Shown: positions 33,065 through 44,696 of the stretch, piece by piece
How the letters are laid out: the number at the start of each line of letters is the position of its first letter
How positions within the stretch are numbered: the stretch's first letter is position 1
NCBI GenBank assembly: GCA_963735755.1
Contig: CAVTME010000009.1
Span: 4,189 to 68,188, forward strand
DNA length: 64,000 nucleotides
From: an uncultured Bacteroidota bacterium
GTDB taxonomy: Bacteria > Bacteroidota > Bacteroidia > Bacteroidales > GCA-2748055
Direction of reading: 5' to 3'
Notes under the pieces: generated by a model
Told to the model about the DNA's origin: nothing
What the model saw: only the letters and a program-made list of their open reading frames with translations
The model's database searches: none
Translations under genes and position numbers: made by a program

Positions 33065-34090
33065 ATGAAAGCAAATATAATCAAGTTGCGCCATTTTCTT
33101 TTCAGGTTTGCGGCAATCTTCGTCATCATCTGTACCAGTGCTGTTATTTTCTTCATGATCTATAAAAAAAGTATTGTTGAGTATCTGAGTCTAAGCAAAC
33201 CTGAAAACGCTACCCTTTTGATTGTGGAAGGGTGGGTGGATGATAGGATTCTGGATTTTGCCGTTAAAGAGTACAATGGCAGGGCGTATACCTCCGTTCT
33301 GGTAACAGGAATGCCCATCGACAGCAGTTTTACGCTGTATACTGAGGGAATCATTGAGTACAGCATCAAAGAACAGGAGTTGGTCCTTCATCCAGGTGAA
33401 CCATTAAGATTATCCATGAAAGGCACATCTGCAGGGGGCATTAAACCGCTCTCTTCCGTACACCTCAATGGACAAATTGTGAAGCAGCTGACTGTAGAAT
33501 CAGATTGGAATAAATTCGAGATTTTTGTTGATTCAGCAGTTCATGTTCACACCATTGGTGTATCATTTGACAACGATGGATATACCCAAACAGAAGACCG
33601 GAATCTTCATATAAAATCAATCCAGGTAAATGAGCAGGTGTTTCCCGCACGTTCCGAAAATGCATTCGTTCTTCAAAAAAAGGGGCATACCTACCAGAAT
33701 CCCCAGTCCACAAATTATCATTCCATGGCTGCCATTGGCGCAAACAAGCTGGTAAACCTGGGGATTTCGAAAGAAGAAGTGATTGCCCTTCCATCACCCT
33801 TATCAAACAGAAATAAAACTTACCTGAGTGCCTATACCATCAATGAGTGGCTTTCATCCAGTCAACATTCCGGCCAAGATATTAATATTATTTCAGAGGG
33901 GATTCATTCAAGGAGGTCCTATATCCTTTATCAGCGTGCTCTGAAAAAGCAGAACATAAACATAGGAATATTGCCTGCAAATGTGGAGGGAGAGCAGTAC
34001 CGGGGAAACACCCTAACAGATAAGGATATCATTCGGGAACTAATTGGTTCCTTTTACTACAGGTTCCTTTTCAGACCTGGTCTTAACTAA
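33065..34090 (+). CDS. YdcF/ElyC (DUF218)-like membrane-anchored protein with an inserted beta-sandwich
   Basis: TM helix; LIVEGW, VTGMP, NKTYLSA and ISEGIHSRRS motifs; ~125-aa insert containing FDNDG...DRNLHIKSI. Confidence 0.68.
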   Translation: MKANIIKLRHFLFRFAAIFVIICTSAVIFFMIYKKSIVEYLSLSKPENATLLIVEGWVDDRILDFAVKEYNGRAYTSVLVTGMPIDSSFTLYTEGIIEYSIKEQELVLHPGEPLRLSMKGTSAGGIKPLSSVHLNGQIVKQLTVESDWNKFEIFVDSAVHVHTIGVSFDNDGYTQTEDRNLHIKSIQVNEQVFPARSENAFVLQKKGHTYQNPQSTNYHSMAAIGANKLVNLGISKEEVIALPSPLSNRNKTYLSAYTINEWLSSSQHSGQDINIISEGIHSRRSYILYQRALKKQNINIGILPANVEGEQYRGNTLTDKDIIRELIGSFYYRFLFRPGLN

Positions 34091-36531
34091 GACCCCATAT
34101 TCCTTGATGATTTTGGCTTAGATTTTCTTGAACGGCTTCGAAACAGTCTTTTCTCTTCCTTATGAACTGTGTAGTACTTACCATGAGCCCCTGCTGACTT
34201 TGCATCCTCACCATTCACCAGAATATGTAGGTCCTTGATGCTTTTTGCCGCGATATCATCCAGGCTCGATTGAAGTAATTTGGTTTTAACATACCCAAGC
34301 CTGGTTACATAGATATTGATATCTGCATATTTCATGAGCACAAATGAGTCGGTCAGCACACCATAAGGAGGTGTATCAATAATGATGTAGTCATATTTGC
34401 TTCGCAATGTCTTCAAACAATTTTGTTGTTTGTTGCTGGAGATCAGTTCGATGGGATTGGGTGGTATCTGTCCGGCCAGGATGATATCAAGATTATCTAC
34501 ATCAGTAGAGATGGTAATTTCTTCCAGGGAGGCCTTGTTGATCAGGTAGGAACTGACCCCCACCAGTCCCCTGATGCCAAGTTATGAATACAGTTCACTG
34601 GGCCGTCGTAAATCAAATTCAAGCAAGAGCCGTTTTGTTATTGGTCACGGCCAGGCTGCTGGCCATATTCAATGCTGAAAAGGATTTTCCTTCGCCCTCC
34701 ATGGTCGAAGTAACCAGGATCACCTGGTTCTGTTTACCCATCAAATAATATATCATGTTACTTCTTAAGGATATGAAATGCTTCGGCAACAATGGAGTTT
34801 GGTTGATCATTAATCACATTGATGGTGGCTCCGGTTACCCTGGGGGATGCTCCCGATCTGGTTCAGTTCGGTGTATTTTCTAAGCTCCTCTTTATTCAGA
34901 ATTTTGTTAGTGAAAATTTTCCTTACTAAGAACAAAAAGTGAAGGGATAAGCATTCCAATGAACAGTGCACCGATCAAAAAAACATCTTCTTCGGTGAAT
35001 GAACTGAATTGAATGAGGGGGGTTCAACCAACTTCACAATCTGGCAGAGTTGATGCCTTGATGATCTGAGCCTGAATACGTTGTTCCAGCAGGGACATAT
35101 AGACATTTTCACTCAAGTTGAATTTTCTCTCAATTCCCAGCAATCTGCGTTGGGTAAAAGGCAGTCTGGAATATTCGCTTTCAAGTCCCCGGATTTTACT
35201 GTTGATTTCTCTTAATTCTGCGTTGGTGGTGTTGATGCTGTATTGAAGATTTTCCATGATCACATCCTCAAATTATTGATGCTAATATCAAGGGTCCTGA
35301 GCCTGGGATTTCTGAGCTGGTTGTTGTTAATAATTTGTTGCCGTTCAGCATTCAGAGTTGTTAGCTCCTCAATCAGACTGCTTAGAAGTGGATCATCAAG
35401 ACCCATGGCAGAAGGAGCCAGGAAACCAGATGAATCCGTGCTTGAACTGAAAATAGTCCTCCATCTGCATCAGGTAATTGCCCCTCCGCTTCAATTTCTT
35501 CTCTTCTGGGTTTCAGAGGTCTGCAACTGATTATAAAATTTCCTGCTTTTTCATCAATATTCATCACACTGGAATTGCGCCTGATATTCTGTAGTTCCTG
35601 TTCTGAGCTGCCCAGTGATTTGGAAATATCAGCCAGCTGAAAATCAAGATGCTCAATGGTCTTTTTGGCCAGATAATTCTTCTCCTCCAGGTTGTTTTCA
35701 ATATACGTACTGATCAGTCCATCAAGAAAATCAATCCCTTTATGTATATTGTCACTGATTAAGGTCATCTCCACCATGGTGGCATCGATGGCTGAGGCTT
35801 CAACTTTCAGTGAATTCTTGAATATCACTGGTAAGCATTGATCGTAGAATTGAATTTGAAAAACAGGTCTTTCCCTGGATAGGTCAGCTGAATTGTAGTT
35901 TGAATTCAGCAGCAAGCGTGAAGGAGGTAAACTCATTGCTGATCTCCTCTCCAAACCTGAAAGTGCCCTCCAATCTGAAAACACCAGAAACCATAGAAAA
36001 TTTATCATCTTCTAGTTTTCTTACTAATCACATCCTTGCTGAATGCCTCAGATAACATAACTCTCTTCATCCATGATCCTGATATAAAAAAAATGATCCA
36101 AAGGTTGAAGATGTCCTTATTCGGAATAACGATAAAAGGAGATCCTTATAAAGGTCTTTCAAGCTGAAATCCATCTCCTTGGGAATTTTATCTTCCTGCA
36201 GATAATAGGATACCAGAAGATCCATATTTCAACCACTGATCTGATCAGAGGTGACGATTTAAAAAATAGATCTCATTCTGCAGATTCTTATCCTGTTCGA
36301 TCAACTCATAGACCCTCATGATATCATCCGATTGTCTCCGAAAGCATTGGATCTTTCAATATTCAGAACAACAGAGGCCGTACTTTATATGTTTTTGCTG
36401 CAAATTTGATATAGAAAATTGCTCCTCCAAAGTGAAATTGCCAGCGAGATGGACTACAACATACCAATACTTAAGAGATCCCTTAAAAACTCAGTAATGT
36501 ATGTCAGAATTGTATCGTTCGATTGATTCAT
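34087..36531 (-). CDS. wzc: Polysaccharide co-polymerase/tyrosine autokinase, heavily frameshifted
   Basis: VTSTMEGEGKS Walker A, PPNPIEL, IIIDTPP, coiled-coil periplasmic region. Confidence 0.88.
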
Positions 36532-36544
36532 GTTATCTGAGTAT

Positions 36545-37318
36545 CTAGTTTAAATATGTTACCATAAATGTCAAAACTACAATGGTCAGGGAAGCCATTG
36601 AGAAAGTAGATCATAAGGGAATGTATCCATTCCCCATTTCTTGCTCTTCAATGGTTCCACATATATAATATCATTGGATTTAACCATATAGAATTCTGAA
36701 GCCAGAAATTCATCACTGGTGAGATCAACCATATGTTTGACCTGTAATCTCCTTCCTCCCTGACAATGAGCAATCTTTCTCCTGTTTCCAAATGTGGCAA
36801 TATCATTGGCATACCCAATGGCCTGAAGAATATTAATGCTTTTATAATTGAAGACATAAACACCGGGCCTGTTCACCTCCCCCAGAATGGTCACTTTGTT
36901 ATTTACAAAGCGGATAAATACCGAGGGATATAGCAGATACTGAGACAAGCTCCTTCTTCAATCATGTCGGAAGCCTCTAGCAAGGTCAACCCGGAAAGCT
37001 TTACTCTGTTGATATAGGGAAGTTTGATATACCCCTCCTCATCACCGTATAACTGATCACGGAAGGATCACGCATCAAGTTCCTGGCTGCTCTGGTTAAA
37101 ATTGGTCTGGTGTTTCATCTGCACTGGTAACCTTAATATAGAGTTCATCACCCTGTCTGATGATATTGTCCAGCAGGTTCATCAATGAAATACATATTAT
37201 CATTGCTGCTGCATCAATCATGCTCTTCTGTCCTGGACATATGACGATTTTCCTGATTGGGAACACAAGAGGCAATTAGTGCAATTCCATCAGAATAACT
37301 AAATACAATTTTTCTCAT
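36545..37318 (-). CDS. wza: Outer-membrane polysaccharide export lipoprotein, frameshifted
   Basis: LIASC lipobox, VTILGEVNRPG SLBB motif, NDIIYVEP; immediately upstream of wzc. Confidence 0.85.
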
Positions 37319-37441
37319 AATCATCATTCAATAACTCAGCTATTAACCAATCATAAATATAGAAACATATGGAATATCCAGATAAAAGTTGAACAATAAG
37401 CAAGGAGAAACCTACTGAATGCATAAATCTGACTGTTGGAC

Positions 37442-38886
37442 TTAATGTCCACCAGCCAGAAAAAGGTTTTTACCGTTTTGAAGAACAGCCCCAGATCCTT
37501 ACAAAGGTTCCAGTTATCGATATAATGAAGATCAAGTTCCATCCACTCTTCGAAAGAAACATCGTGACGGTCAGGAACAATCTGCCAGGTACAGGTAATT
37601 CCTGGTCTTCACAGAAAGCCTTCTTAGCTGCCAGCGTTCATATTGTTTCACCTCATCCTCCAGGGGAGGCCTGGGACCCACAAGTGACATTTCTCCTCTG
37701 ACCACATTAAATAGCTGGGGCAATTCATCAAGACCGGTTTTCGAAGGAACTCCCACCTTGGTAATTCTGGGATCATCCTTGATCTTAAAAACAGGGCCAT
37801 CTGCTTCATTCCTGGCTTTCAGTTTCTTCAGCTGTTCTTCAGCATCCACGACCATGGTCCGGAACTTAAACAGCTTGAATTTCCTGCCCCTTAACCCGAT
37901 CCTCTCCTGCCTGAAAAAAACGGGTCCTTTGGAACCCAACTTTAATAATCAAGGCAATAGCAACAGAAATACTGGAGAGTAAAAGAATAATGGCAAGGAT
38001 GGAGAAATAGATATCTCCCATGGATTTAAGTATGAGTGACAGGCTGTTAGAAGGAACATCAACAATGGAAAGATCTTTTGACTTATTCAGGGTCTTCAAC
38101 TGGAATTCTGTGGGATCCAGTGGAGAAACAGAGGACTGAAGCCTGAAGATCACCCCCACCTCATTGCATATATCTCCACCACTTCTTTAATCAGTTCAAT
38201 ATCCACATCCCTTTTGCAATAAATCACTTCATCGATCACCTGAGTTATCAATCACGTTTTTCAAATCCTCGTTGCTTGGAATGATCTTGATATGAGACCC
38301 GTATTTGGCCTTGATCAATTTGGAATCGGTCATAATGGAGCGATTTTAAATCCCCACTCCTTCTGCTTCAGAAGGTTTTCAATCACTCCATCGGAAAATG
38401 CATCTGCAATGATCAGTACATGATGGGTGCTTTTACCAAAGAACCGATATGTCTTCAGTGCCTTAAAAGCAAGAAGTCGGAAGATCAGTGTCAGCAATGA
38501 ACAGGTCCGGTAATAAATATACCATCAGCACACAGGCAAAGAGGTAAGTCTGAAAATTACTTTTACGGCCAGCAGTCCAATGAAAAATAATAAAAGTATC
38601 CGTGCAAACTGAAAAGCCAGGGTCAGGTATCGCTGGGTCCTGGGAATTTTTGCCATGGCAGTAATCCTGGAAAGAACAAACCAGGACATCAGAATGAATG
38701 CGAAGAAGAAGATGCCTTCCATGGTCTTTACTTCCATCTCGGGAATGAAGTAACGTTCTGGTGATCCAGATGGACATAGGGAAAACTACACTGGCAAGGA
38801 TCAGCTCAACAAGATCAATAAAACCTTTGGCCCTGCCCTTGTTATTCAATCTGATAATCTCTAATCTTGCTATAAATGTGTGTCAT
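37442..38886 (-). CDS. Priming undecaprenyl-phosphate sugar phosphotransferase, frameshifted
   Basis: FRQERIG, KFRTM, DDPRIT and [21 protein letters not shown] motifs. Confidence 0.92.
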
Positions 38887-38897
38887 TGATTTACATA

Positions 38898-38921
38898 TTT
38901 GTCAGATTTCTGACAAAACTA
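38898..38921 (-). promoter_or_regulatory. EPS operon -7 element overlapped by a 9-bp inverted repeat
   Basis: CAAAACTA at 38914-38921 (TAGTTTTG on the minus strand); TTTGTCAGA-tt-TCTGACAAA at 38898-38917. Confidence 0.55.
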
Positions 38922-39185
38922 ATTTCCGAAATTTATACCGTTTAATACGTGAAAAAGATGTTAACGTTATTCACAATTTGACAAAGCAGTTAAATGCAAT
39001 TCCTAAATGAATATATTCAGATGAGACAAATATCCTGAAAGTCCAGAAATACAGGGATTTCCGGAAGATTTTCATAGCTCACACCTATTGGTCAGTTGGT
39101 CATACGAAATATTCCATTCGTCAATTCTTAATAACTTTTTAGCCGTGCTCATAAACAAACTTTGCTAACTTAGCTTATGTAGAAA

Positions 39186-39580
39186 ATGATTGAATTGAAA
39201 CCGATTTCTATGAATGACCTGATCATAAAACCAACCGATAAATCCCTCGCAGTTGATATTTCCTATGGTATTTTGAATTTCACAGGTCGCTCAATCCTGA
39301 CAGATCCCAAAATATTTTTTGATCCGATCAACACCTGGGTAGACAAATATATGAAAAATCCTGCAGAAGAAACCGTCATGAATATCAAACTTGAATATAT
39401 CGATACTGCCTCCACCCAATCACTATACCAGATCCTTCGCCAACTGAATTCATTGAGGAAAACAGGGCTTGGTCTTAATGGTTAACTGGTACATTGAAGA
39501 TGAAGATCCGGAAATGAAGGAGCTTGGGCGAAATGATTGAACAGCGCCTTGGCATTGAGTTTCAGTACATCCCTTATTAG
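39186..39580 (+). CDS. siaC: SiaC family (DUF1987) regulatory phosphoprotein, frameshifted
   Basis: LIIKPT, FTGRS..DP..FF.PI..W, KLEYIDTAS and VNWY...D.EM.ELG motifs. Confidence 0.8.
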
Positions 39581-39621
39581 ATTCCAGAGGAACTCACTGT
39601 TATTTTTTGCTAAAAGTGCTC

Positions 39622-40504
39622 ATGAAACCTGCTTCCATTTAAAAAAAATCCTAAATTCGGTAACTGCATCTGGAATGTAATCCAGAATCTATATGAAGAA
39701 GATAAGAATAAATTACCAGGGCAGAACTTGGAAGAGTTGTGCCTGAAACAAAACATCATCATTGAACGGAAGATCCCTTTACACAATACCAAGATATACC
39801 TTCCTAACATTGAGAAGATCAATAAGATGATCAGGGAATTTGATTTCCTGGTGGATGGTGCATCCAGGGGAAAGGCAGTAAATGAGATCAGCAAGATTGA
39901 ACGATTTCTCTATGACAATGAAAACAATCCGGATATGAAAAGTAAATTCCTGGCGACACTGCTACTCCAGCGCTTCCATGTATATTGAAAACCACCGGAG
40001 CCTGCTGGACGATAAACGTTCTGAAAACTGGAAATACCTTTTTGTCAATTATTTCAAACTGGAAGATATTTATAACTATTTTAACAAGAAACCAGTGCTT
40101 CGGTCTTTTTCAAGGATTACAGCATTTACAATGACATGGTGGATCTCACTTACAATGTGAAGCTGATGGAATACCTCAGAAGCCAGGTTGAGCTGGAGAT
40201 TCCGGTTGATGATGATAAAGATATGCCCGGCAAAATTGAGGAGATTCAACCTTAAACTGGTCATTTTGCATGAACTGGGTATTATGGACATGCTTAAGGA
40301 ACAGATCCCGGAGAAATACCATTCCCAACCTTGCCAAATTCCTGACTGTACTTTGTCGATGAGGATCCTTCGGGCTGGAGGGATGTTTTGAAAAAACTGA
40401 AAAACCTGAACCTCCAGAACGACAAGGACCTGCTCACCGAGCTCAATCTGAACAAGGCACATGAAATAATTTCGGTGTTTGGTATTGAATTGGAAAAGGA
40501 GTAA
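39622..40504 (+). CDS. Hypothetical cytoplasmic protein (~290 aa), frameshifted
   Basis: Four overlapping same-strand fragments join into a continuous charged, helical-looking protein ending FGIELEKE; no family recognised. Confidence 0.65.
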
Positions 40505-40547
40505 TATTATATTTATACATTAAAACACATCTGAAACAAATAGAAGT

Positions 40548-40920
40548 ATGGAAAATATCAGTATCGAACCCACCAAAAAATCCCTTGAAGTTGAATGCTC
40601 TCCTGGCTATTTCAAGTTGTCAGGTAATTCCATACTGTCCGATCCCCGGAAATTCTTTAAACCCATCGTGGAATGGGTTGAAAAGTATATCCAGGAATCC
40701 TGAAGAAAAAACCACAGTTGATCTGAAACTGGAATATGTGGATACTGCCTCCGTGCAGAGTGTATTTGACATCATGAGGATGTTCAAACCCCTGCAGGAA
40801 AAGAACAAAGAGATGGCGGTGAATTTCTATTTTGAATTTGATGATCCGGAACTCCTTGAACTGGGTGAGATCATGGAAGGCCGCCTGGGTATTAAATTCA
40901 ATTTCATTGAATATCAGTAA
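40548..40920 (+). CDS. siaC: Second SiaC family (DUF1987) protein, one frameshift
   Basis: MENISIEPTKKS, LSGNS..DP..FF.PI..W, KLEYVDTAS and DDPELLELGE motifs. Confidence 0.8.
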
Positions 40921-40979
40921 GGTATCCTCATTCAATATTAAACCTACATTTCTTCAAACTTTCCATAATCTAAATTCTT

Positions 40980-42387
40980 ATGACTGAACTCATTAATCGG
41001 AGGGCATTTCTGGGCACTACGGGTGCTTTTATTGCTGGAAGCCTGATGGCCTCTCCCCTTTCCAATTATGCAATCTCCAAAGGTGAAAAAATAAAGGCTG
41101 TGCTTGTGGGTACAGGAATCCGTGGCACATCATTCTGGGGCAAAACCCTTGTGAATGATTTTCCGGATCTCCTCGAATTTGTAGGACTGTGCGATATCAA
41201 TCCAGGAAGACTGGAATATGCGCAACGATATATGGGAGTATCCTGTCCCCGTTTCACCGATTTCGAAGAGATGATCAAGTCAGACATCACCCGACCTGGT
41301 CATTGTAACCACCAAGGATTCCACCCATCATGAATTCATCATCAAGGGACTGGACATGGGCTGTGATGTGCTCACTGAGAAACCACTGACCACCGACGAG
41401 GACAAATGCCAGGCCATCCTGGATGCCGAAAGACGATCCAAACGGAAAGTGATCGTTGGATTTCAATTACCGCTGGGGACCCTACATGACCAAGATCAAG
41501 GAGTTGCTCCAGAACGGGTCCATCGGGAAAGTCACTTCCGTGGATTTTCACTGGTACCTGAATACCTACCACGGAGCCTCCTATTTCAGAAGATGGCATG
41601 GATTGAGGCAGTCGGGGGGCACACTCTGGGTACATAAGGCCACCCATCATTTCGACCTGCTTAACTGGTGGCTTGACAGCGATCCGGAGGAGGTATTTGC
41701 CTATGGTGACCTGGAGCATTATGGCTCCAACGGGCCTTTCCGGGGTGAAAAATGCCGCGAGCTGTGCCCACAAAGGCGAGTGTAGGTTTTACTGGGATAT
41801 TACAGGGGACAAGCGTTCCATGGACCTCTATGTGAAGAACGAGCACCATGACGGTTACATCCGCGACAGTTGCCTGTTCCGCCCTGAGATCAACATTTAT
41901 GACAAGATGTCGGCCCAGATCAAATACCGTGACAACACCGTGGTGAATTATTCACTGACCACCTATTCACCTTACGAAGGATGGAAGATTGCCTTTAACG
42001 GCACCGAAGGGCGCATCGATGCCTGGCTGGATATTCCCTTTATGAAAGGGGAAAACATCAGCCAGTCGGACATGCACGAACTGGAGATGTCGCAGGAGGA
42101 TGAGACCATTCAAACGGACCCGATCATCCTTCATCAACTTGTGGAACGATTTTGAGGTGAAGAAGGTAGAATTCAAAAAGGTGGACACGGAGGAGGTGAC
42201 AGCCTGCTGCATGAACCAGGTATTCAGAAACCCCGGGGAAAAGGATCCCTTTGACCGGCGTGCCGGTGTCAGGGACGGTGCCATGTCCATACTTATTGGT
42301 ATTGCAGCCCGGAAAAGCATCGAATCGGGGCATCCGGTACGCATTGCGGAACTGACCGATCTGGAACCCAGAGCAAGGCGGATATGA
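40980..42387 (+). CDS. Tat-exported Gfo/Idh/MocA oxidoreductase, frameshifted
   Basis: NRRAFL Tat motif; VGTGIRG, TEKP and HKATHHFD motifs. Confidence 0.88.
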
Positions 42388-42912
42388 AGAGGCAGTTCCA
42401 AGTGGGAGCATTAGTCAACGGATTAAAGCCATATGACCGGGCGATCTCATTCATAGTCAGGGAACTGACAAGCATGTCAGCGGGAACCAGACTCCCAACT
42501 CCCACAGTCAACCGTTTCCGGAGAACCGGAACAAGCAGAACCGGACCATCAGGGAAATTGTGGGACACATGGTCGACTCAGCCTCCAACAATACCCACCG
42601 GATCATCCATCTGCAGTACCAGGGGAGTCCCCTCTCCTATCCCGATTATGCCAACCTTGGCAACAACGATCGCTGGATAGCCATCCAGAACTACCAGGAG
42701 GAGGAGTGGGAACTGCTGGTTTCTCTCTGGGCCGCCACCCACAGGCATATTGCCCATGTGATTGCCCAGGTGGATGAAGAGAAACTTCGAGCAGGTACTG
42801 GATCTCTGCGCCTGAATGAAGAGGTAACACTGGAAGCCATGATCATTGATTTCCTAGACATTTCAATTTGCACCTGGGCGAGATAGAGGAACTCATTGAA
42901 ACCAAAAGTTAA
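42384..42912 (+). CDS. DinB family protein, frameshifted
   Basis: GHMVDSASNN and NNDRWIAIQNYQ motifs. Confidence 0.78.
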
Positions 42913-42922
42913 TAAAAATGAA

Positions 42923-43880
42923 ATGATGGACAGAAGAAAATTCTTGCAGGCAGGTGCAGCCACAGCTGCAGGAACAGCACTTGTTGGATGTACATCCCGG
43001 AAACTGCCACCACGAAAGGGGTACAGGCAGATAATATCCGCCACAATCCCATCGGAGTTTCCACCTATTCGTTCTGGCAGTTCAACGGTCCGCCCGAAAG
43101 CATGCCCATCGAAACCTGCATTGACCATGCAGCGGCCATGGGATTTGATGGGATTGAGCTCTTGCTTGTACAGATGACATCCGAAGAGAACAGCTATCTC
43201 CAGAACCTGAAAAGAAGGGCCTTTCACAGCGGACTGGACCTGATGGGCTTCTCTACCCACCAGGGCTATCTGAACCCCGATAAAGATTTCAGGGATGAGA
43301 ACATTGAAATGACGATTCACCAGATCGAACTGGCATATAAACTGGGGATCCCTACCATGCGGCTGAATACAGGCCGCTGGGGCACCAGCGAATCATTTGA
43401 TCACCTGATGGAGAACAGGGGAATTGAACCGGCCCTGGAAGGTTATACGGAAGAAGATGGCTTTAAATGGGTGATCGATTCCATTGCACAGTGCCTTGGG
43501 AAAGCCGAAGAGTGCGGTGTGGTGCTGGGGCTTGAAAACCACTGGGGACTGGGTCGAACTGCTGCAGGAGTACGCCGCATTGTGGACCGATCAACTCCCC
43601 CTGGCTGAGGATCACGCTGGATACGGGAAATTTCCTTGAGGATCCTTACGATCAGCTCGAGGAACTGGCCCCCGATGCCTGCCTGGTACAGGCAAAAACA
43701 TACTATGGAGGAGGTAAATGGTACACCCTTGACCTGGACTACCCGCGCATTGGAGAGATCATGCGGAAAAACAATTACAAAGGATATATCTCCCTTGAAT
43801 TTGAAGGTAAGGAGGATCCCATGGAAGCAATTCCCAAAAGTATGAAAGTCTTACGGAATGCATTCTACTATCAAACATGA
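42923..43880 (+). CDS. Tat-exported sugar phosphate isomerase/epimerase (xylose-isomerase-like TIM barrel), frameshifted
   Basis: DRRKFL Tat motif; [18 protein letters not shown] and SLEFEG motifs. Confidence 0.86.
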
Positions 43881-43906
43881 TTTGCATGCCAGGGGAGCTG
43901 ATCCTT

Positions 43907-43921
43907 TTAGAACAATTTTAA
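43907..43921. promoter_or_regulatory. Possible PerR/Fur-type 7-1-7 box
   Basis: TTAGAACAATTTTAA, 3 mismatches from TTATAATnATTATAA, upstream of peroxide-defence genes. Confidence 0.35.
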
Positions 43922-44011
43922 ATTATTGCGGGGGGCTGCCTATCCTGTCAATTCCTTTGTGAATGGGAATCCTATCATTTACCTTTAATATCCCTCAAAA
44001 CCAGCAATAAA

Positions 44012-44689
44012 ATGATCAACTACGAAGCACTTTTTAATATTTCCTACGGACTCTATATCGTGAGTTCCGGATCGAAATCCAATGGGAATGGATTCATCTC
44101 CAATACCGTATTCCAGGTCACTTCCGAACCTCCCCGTTTTGCAGCCTGCTGCAACAAAGAGAACCATACTGCGGAGTAATCGAAGACTTCCGGAAATTTC
44201 TCCGTTTCCGTGCTTCAGGCCGAAGCAGACGCGGGCCTTATTGGCAGATTCGGATACAAGAGCGGAAAGGATATCAACAAGATGGAGGGAATGGAAGTGA
44301 AATTTGGAGAAACCGGGGTGCCCATCGTCCTGAATGATGCCATTGCCTTCCTGGAGTGCAGGGTGGTGGAGACCTATGATGTGGGAACGCACCTGATGTT
44401 CATCGGTGAACTTGTTCAGGCCGAAGTCCTTGATGACAGCAAAGAGGCTCTTGACTTACCTGCATTACCGAAAGTAAAGAAGGGAGTGGCTCCAAAAAAT
44501 GCCCCCACCTATATGGATAAATCCAAACTGGAAAAGCCTGCAAGGAAAGGATTAGCAACAGGTACGAGTGTGCTGCCTGCGGATATATTTATCGATGAAG
44601 CGCAGGAAGGAAAAAAATTTGAAGAGCTGCCCGATGACTGGGTATGCCCGGTTTGCGGCGCAGAAAAAGATGACTTTTTTAAACTATAA
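44012..44689 (+). CDS. Flavin reductase-rubredoxin fusion (high-molecular-weight rubredoxin), frameshifted
   Basis: [24 protein letters not shown] and [14 protein letters not shown] motifs. Confidence 0.88.
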
Positions 44690-44696
44690 TTATAAC

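Noticed and set aside
38886-39186. Bacteroides-type invertible capsule promoter
   Set aside because: No pair of long inverted repeats flanks the promoter and no recombinase is nearby.
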